The notes under the pieces are model-generated. The model saw nothing but the letters and a program-made list of their open reading frames with translations. It had not been told where the DNA came from and made no database searches. From Epiperipatus broadwayi (taxonomy: Eukaryota > Animalia > Onychophora): a stretch of DNA of 64,000 nucleotides. Each line of letters starts with the position of its first letter. Positions within the stretch are counted from its first letter, which is position 1. Shown piece after piece: positions 1 to 14,180 of the stretch. The translations under genes and the position numbers were made by a program. The DNA is taken from NCBI GenBank assembly GCA_028023455.1, contig JAQFVV010000002.1:11222001-11286000 (forward strand). The letters are read 5' to 3'.

Positions 1-1784
1 GGGAATAAACAATGTAAGTCTAATTAGCTTCAAATATGTAAGAAGATTAATGTATATATTGAACAAAAGATAATGTTAAAAAAATGAATGAGATAAAATA
101 AAATCTAAGGTATTTTTTTGTGTTGCGTTATTTGCTGTGTATCTGTTTATATCATGAATTGATTGGATGTAAATATAGTCACTTTTTTCACTCTTTTTTC
201 TCCTTTTTCTAATTTGGAATAGATGAACAAATTGTGTATCATGCTGTAAAAAATATTATTTCTGCAATTTGTACTGTTCAACCACTGATGATTATTTCTA
301 GTAAGAAATTAATTTTGTGATATAAGAAATGGAAAATATTTATTTTTCTAAAGTCATTGTATCAGTGGAAAGGTAGATTTATATCTTTTGAGTACTGTGG
401 CAGTGCTGATCTGAAAATGTGAGGCTGTTCTGTAAATAACACTTGGATGTCTGCCTAAAATGAAATTGTAAAATAACCTGCTAAAAGAGAGTGGGAGAGA
501 TAATGAAATATGACCATTATGACTCATATTCTATGCCATCTATGATGACCAGATCTACAGACAAATGCATTACTATTATATGTAAAAGAAAGCTGAATTA
601 GAAAGAGTATAAATCAATACAATAATCCAGGAAATTTGAAATCCACTTATAATTATATCTACCAAAGATGTAAAACTATGTACCTGATTTGTGATCGCTC
701 AACAGAGAAAGAACATTAAAAATGGGATTGTAACTCATTTTACCATATGTGTGCACATAAAACATAAATGGATATAGATATAAGAGTGCAGATATTTTTA
801 ATTATTTTGTTAGTTAAGCTCAATGTAAAAAGGTGAGATAATTTTTATCCCCCCCCTCACATTTTTATATTAATTAATTTTCAATGTATATTTTTTAATT
901 TCACACACAGGCATGAGAGTAATTTTTTTTTTTCTGTTTGTACATATATTTTTCTTTTGGATGTGTTATTTTATATATTTTACCTGTCAGACAATAGATA
1001 AATAAACAGAACTAAAGTTATTAAAAATTTTAAAAATGAAATATTTTGGCAAAATTTATCCTTGTTTAATTGAGAAAATGCTCATTTATTTATTAGCTAA
1101 TTGAAATTTAAACTATGTTTGTATTTTTTTCTTTTTGATTCTATTAAATTATTAATTTTGTATTGAAATTTGATGTCAAGTGTATATCTTTCTTTGTTCT
1201 CTGCAGCATTTCAAAATAGACATAAATATACATATAATCTGTGAGATTTCTAAAATTATTTATACAAACATAAATTAGTGTGATAAGAGCTAGTATTATA
1301 GATGATAACAGATCTAAAATGAAGTTTGATTTGTCATGCAATGATGGAGATGTCATAATGTCTATGTGATTGACACTTATCATGTACAAATCCTTTATCA
1401 TTATGTTAACTATAATGCCAGAGAAATCATATTGAGAAATCTAATTGGTTTATCAATTAAAAGCATATGTACTGACAACTGAAGTGGCAGAGCTTATGTA
1501 TATATTTTCTTTCCTTAAATTTGGTTGCCCAAGTCTGGCATGATCATAACCATCAGTATATAAATACATCTTTAATCAAATGGGCAACTAACACATAGTT
1601 GATTTAAAAGTAAATGACCCCACTTTTATCTCATGTTGCTGGTTGTGATTTGTTATAATATATATATCAGGGATGAGGCATATCCATGTATTGAACAGAA
1701 TGAGTGCTTCCATAGAAAAATTCATTAAAACTTTCAAAAGCTCTAATTAAAATTCAATTTAAAAAATTCACGTTCAATTTTTTT

Positions 1785-2235
1785 TCAATTATTTTTTGAA
1801 TGGAATACCAACAGTTGAATTGTTTTTATATACATAGGGAATGAAGTTGATTAATTCATTCTCACATCCTTGCTGATTATAAAAAGTTCAAAAAATGCTA
1901 AGATCTAATTTATAGTTAAAACTTTTAAGAATGTTAAAAGAATTGGGAAGATAAAAATGTATTGATAAGGTATTATCTATATTTAAACTAATCACAATCT
2001 GATTAGAATCAACAATTCATTATTTTTTGAATGGAATACCAACAGTCAAATTGTTTTTATATACATAAGGAATGAACTCGATTAACTCATTCTAGCATTT
2101 TCATTGATTATAAGAAGTTCAAACAATGCTAAGATCTAATTTACAATTAAAACTTTTATGAATGTTAAAAAAATTGGCAAGGTGAAAATATATTGATAAC
2201 ATATTATCTATATTTAACCTAACTACCATCTGATT
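1785..2235. repeat. Diverged tandem duplication, ~231 bp unit x2
   Basis: TTGAATGGAATACCAACAG and the following ~200 nt recur with an offset of 231 (GAA at 1798 and 2029). Confidence 0.85.
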
Positions 2236-5200
2236 ACCAGATAAAAGAGTTCCAGATTTTTCTAGTTATTACATAAAAATTATAAAACATTATTAAAAAA
2301 AGATTATGTAATGTGCTTCTGTTCCTAAAAAAGTCAAGCTTTGTCACTGATATATATATGCATATATAATGATATTTTAAACTTTTGATTAAAGTATATT
2401 TAAACTTTCAACTTTTAAATACAATTATTGAATTCAGTATATGTACATACATCTATATATGCATTGTGAAATGATATTATTAATTGAAACATTTAATCTT
2501 TTGAATTCAAATTTTTGTATCAAATAGGTGGGATATATATATGAAGATAGTCATATCTTTTTATAGACTGAAGAACAAAGGAAGGAGGTTTTCATTTATA
2601 TTTTATTTATGTATTATTTTCCTTTATATATTATTTTTTCTTTCTTTCTTTTAAATTTTGGTGATTGTTTTTCTTTTTATTAACCATAATACCTTTGGCA
2701 TGAATAAATTATATTAAGTTCTAATCTATTTATTTAGTATTCAATTATTTTTATATTTCATTCGACACAAATTTTAAGTTATTGATTTTGTTTTTATTAT
2801 TCCCACTTATCCAGCGAAATTAAAGAATATTACAAAAACGGGAATTTTAAAACAATATCTCTATAAGATCTTTATCAGAGCATTCTTTCTAAGAAAATTG
2901 TACATAAAACAAATTTGAACGAGGTCTTACAAATATGCTCTGCTTAGCATAGATTTTGCAGATTATTATAGTGATTCATGCATTAGGAGATCAGAAAATA
3001 TAGATAATAGTAATAAGTTTGATTCCTCTCATAATAATATATAGTTTTATATTAGTGTATGTCTGATTATTTATCTTGGCTTGAAATAATTCCACATGTG
3101 GCTTGAAAACTTGGTGTTGTTTTGGATTTATACACATTGCATGTAAAGCTTGTAATAGAATAATTTAAAGTGAAATTCAAATGTAGATTTCATGGTACAA
3201 GAATTTAAATGCATTGAACAGCTACCCGGTTCAATAAATAATAACACCCAAATATTGTCCAGTAAAAGTGCTATTGTATGAGTTTTCTGTTACAATATAT
3301 ATATATGTGTAGGATGTGTTACACGTGTATTTGTTTTGTATTATTTTAGTCAAGTAATTAAATATATAGCTACATTTTTAATGAGGGTATATATATATGA
3401 GATTGACTTTTCCTCTTATATAATAAATGGAATAATTCACTTTTTAACATAATATAAAAACAAAAAGTTACAAAAAAATAATATTTTTTTTTACTGCTAT
3501 CTCTGTTTTGGTAAATATATTTTATGACTTTTTTAGTTTTCCATCTGAGACTTTATATCATTGCTTTTTAAAATGTAAAAGATAAAAGTTGATTTTTTAT
3601 TTTGAATTTGTTTACAAAATATAGTATTCACTATTTGAAAAAATAAACTTGAAGAAACAGTTTCAATGAAACTTCTTTCACCAACTGGGCTGCCTTTAAG
3701 CATCATTATCCATATTACTTTTTATAAAACAATTGTTATTTATTAATGACTTGTATTCACGAAATGTGATGCTTTTTATAGTCATAATCATGCATAGATT
3801 TATATTATGGGAGATAAAATTATAATTATTTGTATAAACTTTACCATATGTATATAATCCAAATATGCTTATTACTAAACTGGAGAAATTACTGCAACAA
3901 CTAAAAATTATTTAAGAGTCTAATATTTACCCAAACAAATACAATATTCATGCCATCTAGTGTCAAAGTTCATATGAATAAAATAAAAAAACTAGCTCTT
4001 TTTTTTGCAGACTAAGTTATTAAATAAACACATGTAAAAATGATGACATTAACAAGTATGAGATTTCAATAAATCAAGATATTTTGCACTTCCATTAGAA
4101 TTGGCCTGAATTAAAAATTTTAAAGCAAAGTAAATAACTTAGTCATTTTAACTCTCTTACAAATACCATAATACACAATATATAGAAAATTCAAACATAC
4201 ATATTGCTAAAACTGGAAAAACTATAACAAAATCAATTAATTAATTTTTTAGCATTTAGTATAAACCAGCAAAAACATTATGTCATTTGATATCAAAGGA
4301 TGAACAGAAGGAAAAATGAGACTAGTTTTATTTTAGTAGCTTTGGTAACACTATTCAGTCTTCATATTAAATATGGACACTAAGATTTGTAATTTAACTT
4401 GCAATGGTTACAATGCAGTTTTGCCATCTAAATTGCTTAAAGAAATATCTCATATTGCTCCTAAGAAGAGTATGTTGTTTTAAATAAATGCTTTACATTT
4501 GATTTTCTTAATTGTAAGCATTATTTACAATGTGCATAAGAATGTTTATACAAAAAACTTAAAAAAATTATAGCCATAAAATTGCAAAAATGAAGAAATA
4601 TAATTACATTTCTTTTAACTGGATTCAATTGCTTTCTTATAATTAGTTATTAATGAAATAAATTTGCTTTTTTATTATTGTTGGCATTAGTTACAATATG
4701 TTTTATAATATGTTTTAAAACATAGCAAAAAAAACCCATCATTTGATAAAGATGAAAAATATTTGCATTTATTTAGGCTACAAGCAATATGAAATACCAC
4801 TTTATCTGAAAATAGGAGCATGAAATTTAAACTATGTGAGTTAAATTCAAACTAATGTGATCACTTGTTCAATTTAAAAAGTAAAATGGCGTTAAAGCAT
4901 TTGAAAATTGATAGTCATTGCAGGTTTTTCAATATGCTTTTAATAACAGATCTTTTAAAGATTAGAATTTATTAGCATCCTGGATCAACTGATCATGCAA
5001 TTTCTTTTTAAAAGATATCAAATTTTTAGACTGTTAATTAATTGAAGGAGAATAAGTTTCATAAAGAAATAGACATGATTTATGGTTTTGGAGAATTTTT
5101 TATGAAAGTTAAATTCCTATTTGAATCTTAAAAGATGGTGGCAGTTATTTTTATTCTATTGCTATTTGGAAACTTTTCTTTCATTTTCTTATGACTTCTC

Positions 5201-5776
5201 GATAATTCAATGTTAACCGCAAGAAGGTCATCATTTCATTTTTTTACCAGAAAAAATTTGAACATTTTAAAAATTTAAGTACATAACAAATTTTAGCTCA
5301 ATTTTAAAATCTACCACATATTGAAAAATTATAGAGCACTTTTCTGGCAGCAGGAATTACATTCAATCTGTTAGACAAAGAGTATTTATTAAGTTTGACA
5401 CTATATTAATAATTGTTTTGACACAATAATTTAAATGTCTATAATAAATCATTTTTCTTCAGTATATAATTACTTTTTTAGAGTTCTGATCACTGACATT
5501 TTTTTTAATGCTTTGAAAATTTATAATTGAAATAAAAAGCAAATTGTATAGTCTCAAAAACATGCACAATAAACTAAGATTCTTTAGAAGTATGGCATCC
5601 ATCTCTGCATCATTATCTCACAATTTAATTTTATATTATTTACAAATTAATATTTTCTTAATTCTTTAGTAAAATGTTCTACTGATAATAAGAAAATAAA
5701 CTTTTTTTTCTACAAAGAGCATTATTTCACAATAAAGTTTTAAATTTGATAAACTAAAATAAATTTTGTTAAATAG

Positions 5777-5853
5777 CAAACTATCACAACAATGGTAAAC
5801 AATATTAATAACAATAATATGACAAGTGGTCAAATGGAATTGCGCAATCGAAG
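5777..5853 (+). CDS. Candidate internal coding exon (QTITTMVNNINNNNMTSGQMELRNR) of the CaaX-protein gene
   Basis: Acceptor ttttgttaaatag, donor AAG|gtaggt, 77 nt open in phase 0 to 2. Phase-compatible with a donor at 13/14 (AAT|gtaagt) and with the acceptor at 16517/16518. Confidence 0.45.
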
Positions 5854-7247
5854 GTAGGTTAAGTACAACAACTTTATTCAATTGACAAGGGATTATTACT
5901 GGCCAATAGATTGCTGTTACTCAGCTATCATAATCTGTTATAGAGATGATAACATTTATATTTAAAGCATTCTATTCAAAATTTAAGCATTTCATATAAA
6001 ACAATATGTAAAATACTTTCTTTATTCAATGTATGACAACATTATATTATTATTATGTTAGATACTAGCATATTTCTTACGTAACACATCTTGATAAATT
6101 ATTAAAATCTTCCATTGTTATGTTATAATAATTTTATCACTGAGTATGAATATAGAATTTGAAGAGAATTTTTGTTGCATCATATAAATTGGGAGGTTTT
6201 TGCTATATTTTATATATATTATTAGTGATATTAAATTGTGATCTATTAAAATCAGATTTAAAATACTAAATGTCTTCTCTGCCTTTTTTTTTTTTGACTC
6301 TAAAATATTTGAGTTATGTATTTAATTTCAGTATCCTTTTTTTGGAAAGATAATATTATTAATTTAAGTTTATAGAATGCAAATATTTTTTTTTGTGATG
6401 TTTTAGAATTAATTATTTAAATCCTAATTTGGAAATATTTTTATGAGCACTAAAGTAAGGAAAAGGTAACTTGTTAAATTGCAATCACAAATTAACATTT
6501 GACCAAACTGCATGGGATAAAAAATATCTATTTCTGATGAGCATTAAAAAAATAACCAAAACTGGTCAATAACTTATCTAATGTTTACACAAAGTTGGTT
6601 CTAAAGTGCAGGTAAAATATTACTATTTAAATGTAAAATATGTGCATTATTTGATAGTTAGTTTTGATAAGGTGTCACCTCTATGCCAAAAAAGATAAAA
6701 AAGATCTAGCATTTGCTTATATTTAAGATTACTATAATATATAAATATTTATTTAGTCTAAGACTATAATCATACAAAAAAAGTTGACCTGGATTCAATT
6801 TTTGAAACTTAAACTTGAATAATATATTAAGTATGAAACATTATTATAATATCCAGTGAAATAATGCTTGCATTCTTGTTTTTAGTATAAAGATTAAGAA
6901 ATCCCTTTTAATTAACGCATTATTTCTTAAGCTTTTATCTTCAAAATGAATATATTAATTTTGAAAAGAGAAATTGTAACATCATTAACCAATTTTTTGA
7001 CCTTTATCATTATTTGAGTTCATGATTATATTTTCAATAAATAATTATATATACAAATGCAGAAATAAAAATATATCTTAAAAGAATTAATCAGTGTATA
7101 AAAAATATAAAAGCAATTAGATATTTATTTCCTATTGTTAAACATTTATGATTGAAATTTTACATTTGTTTAGATAATTAGCTTTTAGAATTTCAGAATT
7201 ATTTATCTATTTTACAAACAATATCAGAATATTATTTGCTAATATAT

Positions 7248-9534
7248 TGTAGCCAGACTGGGATTTGCATCCCCACCTCCTCTGATAGTCAGTTATTTCC
7301 TGATGAGCATATTGTAGGAAGGAAAGAATGATTGGTGTTACCCAATGCATCTGATGTTACCCCCCAATAATATTCCCTGCTCATCAGAGGATGTGGCATT
7401 AAAGAGACTGAAAACATCTAGAAATTTATCTGTTTGGTTTCCCAAATGGCACCATTAGAGTTCCAGCTTACTGCAACCTTACTCACCCAGATCAGGTTAT
7501 GCCAAACATAACTCAGGAAACATGAGATTCTTGTGAACAACTACACTAGAAAATGGATGACACAAAACAAAACTAGAAAGATATATTATTTTATATAACC
7601 ACAATTTTGGGATAACACTCTTAATAGTTTCTTGCAGTTCAGGTTCCATGGATCAGTTAGTCCATATCATTGGTAACTTCTCTGATGTTTGGTCCCATCG
7701 TTGATGATTATACAGTATCCATTATTTATATTCCATAATCCTGTTCTGCCAGCATTCACATAGTAGGGATTTATTTAGATATCCATGTATACTTTACAGA
7801 TACCTCCCTTATCATTTTTCAAGTTTAAATTCTCCTTCTGTGAGTTTATATTTTTCTCATATGTGAATATTCGTAGACTTGTCTATTAATTTTCTATTGC
7901 AATGTACTCTTAGGTAAGTTTGATTTATATTTGGATTAATCCTTTTTCTCTAGTCATTCAGTAATCAATAATTATATTCAAATATATTCACATATTTAAT
8001 TTATGTATATAGATGCATATTCAATTCCTGTATGTTGATGCATATTCAATTCATGTATATGGACACATATTTAATTCCTGTATGTAGATGCATATTCAAT
8101 TCATGTATATAGATACATATTTAATTCACGTATATAGACACATATTTAATTTTTGTATGTAGACACATTTTCAATTCATATATATATATAGACATATATT
8201 TAATTCCTGTATGTCTATGCGTATTCAATTCATATATATAGTAACTCTTTCTTTGTTAAACACAATGCATTTACATAAATCAGGGTATCTCTATTTTAAA
8301 CTAAATTCTTACATTATAATCTCTACATTTCATTTAGCAAGTTGAACTTTAACAATTTGACATATATTTCTTATATTCTTTATTATAAAGCTTAACTTCA
8401 AATCATTGTTATAAGTTTCATCACTTTAAAAAAAAATCAGAAAATTCATTATTGCATTTCAATGCTATCATTTAGAGCATTAAATGAATTTCTGTCAACC
8501 TATTTTAATTTACTTTTATTATTTTAATAACAATAATGGCAATTATATTATTCTATAAGAAATTATTTCAGTATGTAACATTTTATCATTTTGTTGAACT
8601 AATCATTATAAATAACCATGTTTCATTTTATCTTTCCGAAATGCTTTTCTTTCAGCATTTTTGTAAATACCTTTAAATACTTCAAATGTTATCTAGAGTT
8701 TTCTTACCTTTAAATTTAGCTGTTGGTGATTCACCACTGTTAAATCTTCACATTAAAAAGGGATTTGTCTTAGAGCTGAATGATATATATTTTCTTTGGT
8801 GATCATTTAGATATGTTATTTCATCTTCACGACGTCATAGTGTGGGAAGGGTGAGCAAGCTATTCTTTCTAGCTGAACATTCTAGCATTTTCCATGTTGA
8901 TAAATTTTCTTCTTCATATTGCAGTTTTAAAGTAACCATGGTTTCTTCTACTAACTGCTGCACTTCTTTAATTACTTGTCATGGTGGCTCCAAACTTAGT
9001 TGGTCTGATTATTTAAACTCTTCACTGTAGACTGACTAATTAATACTGAACTACTATTTACTGGAAAGCAATTGTTACAGTCAATCAACTGCAACTCATG
9101 GAATTGATCAATTGTTATTTTTTATACTCCAGCTTCCTGTGATTTTTATCACCTTTTTTATCTCATCCACGCTTACCAACATGTTTTTCAAAAACATATT
9201 GACTTCTTTTGCCTAAAGCAAGAATGTGATGCTATCTTTTTTTTAATGAACTAAGTACTGCTATCTCTATGGTAATTCATAAACATTTAGTTCTAACAAA
9301 AATATATTGATAACATTTGAAACCACAGATTTTTAATAATAAAAATTCGTTAATTAAATGTGTCATTTAATTTTCAAGTATACATTTTAAATATTGATAT
9401 TTTTTTTTCAGAGAACATAAATTTACACATTTTGTTTTTATAACTGCATCAGCTTTCCTTTTTTAAATCAAACCATTATAAATGGGAAGAGGAGATGACT
9501 TCAGGATATATCAAACAACATGACTGTTTTATTA
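7248..9534 (-). repeat. 3' LTR (~2.3 kb)
   Basis: Collinear with 13762-16261 along its length (about 80-85% identity by eye); starts TGTAGCC on the plus strand. Confidence 0.8.
7975..8240. repeat. ~24 nt minisatellite inside the 3' LTR
   Basis: Alternating units like ACATATTTAATTCCTGTATGTAGAT / GCATATTCAATTCATGTATATAG. Confidence 0.9.
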
Positions 9535-9546
9535 CCCCCCCCCCCC
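9535..9546 (-). promoter_or_regulatory. Polypurine tract (G12 on the minus strand)
   Basis: C12 run abuts the inner end of the 3' LTR, where LTR-LTR homology stops. Confidence 0.7.
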
Positions 9547-10199
9547 ACTAAATTTTGGGATGAAATTGCCTTGAAACACATGATTTCATCCACAAACTAT
9601 AAAATTCACTACTAACAATAGTGTCTGCTTGGTTAGGTGATGCTGATGAAATAAGTAAGATGGAATGGGAAAAAGTGAATATGTGAATTGAAATTCTCAA
9701 TGTCAGGATAAGTATATGCTTAAACATGGACTACCAGTACACAATGCACCATGACATCACAAGAAGATACCTCAAATTTAAGCACTACCATTCCTGTACA
9801 TAGAGGGACCATCCAACTATAAATATTAGCCAAGGAATATTTTTGACACTGGGCCAGCCCTGCTCATCATCATGTGAGTCTTAGGGGCTTATCTATTCCT
9901 GGGCCCATGCCTATTTTCCTACTGGTCTACTCTTGGACCTCTATCCCTAGCTCTGGATAGTGCTGAAAATATACTTTGGAGCATCATGAACACATTGTAT
10001 CCAAGCATCTCCACTCAATTATCTACCAACCATTAACATGAAAAGCACAAATTCACATATCACTATAATCCCACTCAAGGACTTCTTCCTTCAGCTACTT
10101 CCACAAAGGGTAATAACAGCCTTATATTTGATATGTTGTTATTTTTGAAGATGGGGTGACTATTGGTCTAAAACCTCATAATAGAATATAAGTTTGCAA

Positions 10200-12300
10200 T
10201 GCAACATGAATGCTATAAGGATTATCTCAGTTTAGCTGCAAACATAGCTTACTATACAGAGGGCACATTGAGAGAATAATATAGATAAGACCAAAGGAAT
10301 GGTTGGCCATATGGAATATCTTGCTCATTTCCTGCATGAGTCATATAGGCTCTACACCCATGACACAATTCTGTGCCTGGTAGATAATTCAGTATTCTAC
10401 TGATTAAAAGCCCAGCTCCTCTGAAAGGCTCATTTGGAAAAAAGTTTAAACCATAAGTAGGTGTATTGCACAGATAAAACATTGGAACATCATGAAAACA
10501 CACTGCATCCCTGTGCCTATAAGAATAGCACAATTCACTGTCAGCACTAAAGGCAAAGCTTTAATGCTTTCTAATATTTATCCCCAATTTCTACAAAGTA
10601 TCTTCTTTCCTCAATTTCAGTTTCAAGGCCTTACTTATTTTTGTACCTTGGTCAGAAGTATAACTGCATGCTGCTTTAGGAGACTGAGGATCATAATGAG
10701 TTTTCTGATAATAACTCTCTATGTTGTGAGGTGATATGTTCTTGGTCTGTCCAATTATTTGTGTTCTGTCATGGAATGAAAAATCATATTCCTGATACAT
10801 ATTTTCTTGGTTAATGTTTGATCCACTTCCAGATCTTCTCACTCATTGGGTTCTGGTAGAAGTATTTATGCTGCCTGTTGAATTTCTTCTCTTCCTATTC
10901 CATGGTGGTACTTCATTTCTTCTGTTATGATACTATGGTGGTATGTCATGGTTACTGTAGCATCAGGGAGGTATTTTTCTTTTCTTTTTTCTAAGAGCAC
11001 TTATTCTCAGTCCATCATCCCTCTTAAATGGAGTTTACTTCATAGCTGGGAACCTTCTTCTTTATTTCTTGGTAGCACAATTGTCATATGTCATTAATAA
11101 CTCACCAGCTGCTAAATGGATTGATGATCCATGCCAATCAGCATCCTCTCAATGTTGCTGGGAAAACTGTCAGATCATGTGAATGATTTGGAGTTTTATT
11201 AGTGGATCTGCTATCAGTGTCCTTAATTTGGCCACTTGTTTTCAGAAGAAGGGGATATAGGGTTCACCAGGTGGGTATTTCTCCTGGAACACCTTATATT
11301 TGATGCCCACATGACAATTATCACTCCAATATCAGTTCATGAGTGCTTTTTTAAAAATCATTGAAAATTTTTGGGCTGACTAAATAGTGACTCCCACCAT
11401 GCTTGAGTTGCAACTTATAAATGACTGCAACCTATGCCAGTTTTGCCTCTCGTGGCATTAATGCTGAAGTACCTCTCTGAGCTTTTCAGGTACTCAATAG
11501 GTGCTTTATTAGAGCCCCTGAAAATGTCTACTTTATGGAACTGTTTTACAATCCCTGGCATGTAGCTGGTTATTGGCACTTCTTGAATAATTTTGTAGAA
11601 AATTTTCTTCTAAATTTTGTTTTGAGACTGTTTCTGTCCTTTCATTTGCTTATGCCTTGTCAGGCATATGCTGCTCTGGCAGCATATGGCCCCTTTTTAT
11701 TTGTAGTTCTTTTACTTGGGTAGTCAAGCTATCCATTTGCTTCTTCATGGGTTCCTGGATTCTTTCTATCTTCATATACATGCCTTTACAAATTTGGGCC
11801 ATCTTGACTTCTTGTTTATTAGGAGACCCTTTAATTTCTTACATTATCTCTTCTTTAACTCTCAATATTTGGTCAGTAATCTGATTAATTATTTGGTTAA
11901 TTTTTTTCATTTTGACTTTCAATTGCTTTTATAATTTGTTTCCCTATTCTTTGGCTTGCTTCTTCAATCTGTTTTGCATCTTCTCATTTTGACTTTGATT
12001 TGCTTCTACTATTTGTTTTTCCATTTCTCATTTTAATCTTGATTTGCTTCTATTATTTGTTTTTATCCTCTTCTCTTTTTATTATCAGCTTTAAACATTT
12101 CTAGTAGCGGCATTAACATGGACACATCTTCTACTTTCTGGGTTCCTTTCATTTGTTGATCCTCTTCTTTATGATCACTTCCTTGTTGCTTTTGTTCTTC
12201 ACTAAGAAGTTTCTTCACAGCTTCCATGTTCATAATTTTTGTCCTTGCTCTAGATATCATCTGATATTTGAATATTTGACAATTTTATTATTGATTTCTT
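10200..12300 (-). pseudogene. Decayed gag (coiled-coil N-terminus, Retrotrans_gag-like core) and aspartic protease
   Basis: Minus-strand fragments: FRGSNKAPIEYLKSSERYF and ATQAWWESL (gag-like, 11330-11520); EANQ-type coiled-coil repeats (11930-12260); AILIGTGMQCVF resembling a mutated DTG protease motif near 10500-10540. Many stops and frameshifts. Confidence 0.65.
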
Positions 12301-12427
12301 TTATTTGTCTAACTTTTGTAAGCTTTCTTCTCCCTCCAAGCCATGACTTAGCACCAACTTCTCTATTATGCCTATTTTATTCCTTGTATACTATTCATTT
12401 TATTTAGCTCTTTCATTTTTATTTCAT

Positions 12428-14180
12428 TTCACATCCTTACACTGTGTGTACTGTTCACAACTTACAGAATTGTAATTTGCTTCTTCTGCCTTCCACATAT
12501 TTTCTTCATTTAGTTTCTTTGTTTACTTCTGTTTCCTTCTAGCTTTTTATGCATATGGGCAGGCTAGCTATACCAGGCCTCACAATTAGGGTGACAAATA
12601 TAATCAGAGAGGGGTTTCCACTGGTCATTTATTTCCTGATGAGCATATTGTAGGAAGGAAAAAATGATTGGTGGTATGCCCCCCCCCCTACAATATTTTC
12701 TGCTCGTCAGAGGGTGTGGCATTAAAGAGATTGAAAACATCTAGAAATTTGTTTGGTTTCCCAAACAGTGACACTAGAGTTTCAGCTTATTACAACCTTA
12801 CTCACCCAGATCAGGTTATGCTGAACATAACTTAGAAAACATGAGATTCTTGTGAACAAGTACACTAGAAAATGGATTACATGAAATGAAACTGATAAGA
12901 TATATTATTTAATATAACCACAACTTATTTAAATAACACTTGTTCTTATAGTTCATTGCATTTCAGGTTCCATAGATCAATTAGTCCATTTCATCGTTAA
13001 CTTTCACATCCTTACACTGTGTGTACTGTTCACAACTTACAGAATTGTAATTTGCTTCTTCTGCCTTCCACATATTTTCTTCATTTAGTTTCTTTGTTTA
13101 CTTCTGTTTCCTTCTAGCTTTTTATGCATATGGGCAGGCTGGCTATACCTGGCCTCACAATTAGGGTGACAAATATAATCAGAGAGGGGTTTCCATCCCT
13201 ACCTACTCTGGTGGTCATTTATTTCCTGATGAGCATATTGTAGGAAGGAAAAAATGATTGGTGGTATGCCCCCCCCTACAATATTTTCTGCTCATCAGAG
13301 GGTGTGGCATTAAAGAGATTGAAAACATCTAGAAATTTGTTTGGTTTCCCAAACAGTGACACTAGAGTTTCAGCTTATTACAACCTTACTCACCCAGATC
13401 AGGTTATGCTGAACATAACTTAGAAAACATGAGATTCTTGTGAACAAGTACACTAGAAAATGGATTACATGAAATGAAACTGATAAGATATATTATTTAA
13501 TATAACCACAACTTATTTAAATAACACTTGTTCTTATAGTTCATTGCATTTCAGGTTCCATAGATCAATTAGTCCATTTCATCGTTAACTTTCACATCCT
13601 TACACTGTGTGTACTGTTCACAACTTACAGAATTGTAATTTGCTTCTTCTGCCTTCCACATATTTTCTTCATTTAGTTTCTTTGTTTACTTCTGTTTCCT
13701 TCTAGCTTTTTATGCATATGGGCAGGCTAGCTATACCTGGCCTCACAATTAGGGTGACAAATATAATCAGAGAGGGGTTTCCATCCCTACCTACTCTGGT
13801 GGTCATTTATTTCCTGATGAGCATATTGTAGGAAGGAAAAAATGATTGGTGGTATGCACCCCCCCCCTACAATATTTTCTGCTCATCAGAGGGTGTGGCA
13901 TTAAAGAGATTGAAAACATCTAGAAATTTGTTTGGTTTCCCAAACGGTGACACTAGAGTTTCAGCTTATTACAACCTTACTCACCCAGATCAGGTTATGC
14001 TGAACATAACTTAGAAAACATGAGATTCTTGTGAACAAGTACACTAGATAATGGATTACATGAAATGAAACTGATAAGATATATTATTTAATATAACCAC
14101 AATTTATTTAAATAACACTCGTTCTTATAGTTCATTGCATTTCGGGTTCCATAGATCAATTAGTCCATTTCATCGTTAAC
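12428..14180. repeat. Recent tandem triplication (575/588 bp) of the leader-PBS-U5 junction
   Basis: TTCACATCCTTACACTG at 12428, 13003 and 13591. The units differ by only a few substitutions and one ~13-15 nt deletion. Confidence 0.95.
13741..13759 (-). promoter_or_regulatory. Degenerate primer-binding site (tRNA-Lys-like); further copies at 12578-12596 and 13153-13171
   Basis: Minus strand reads TGTCACCCTAATTGTGAGG, 2 nt inside the LTR end, resembling the tRNA-Lys1,2 PBS TGGCGCCCAACGTGGGGC. Confidence 0.55.
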
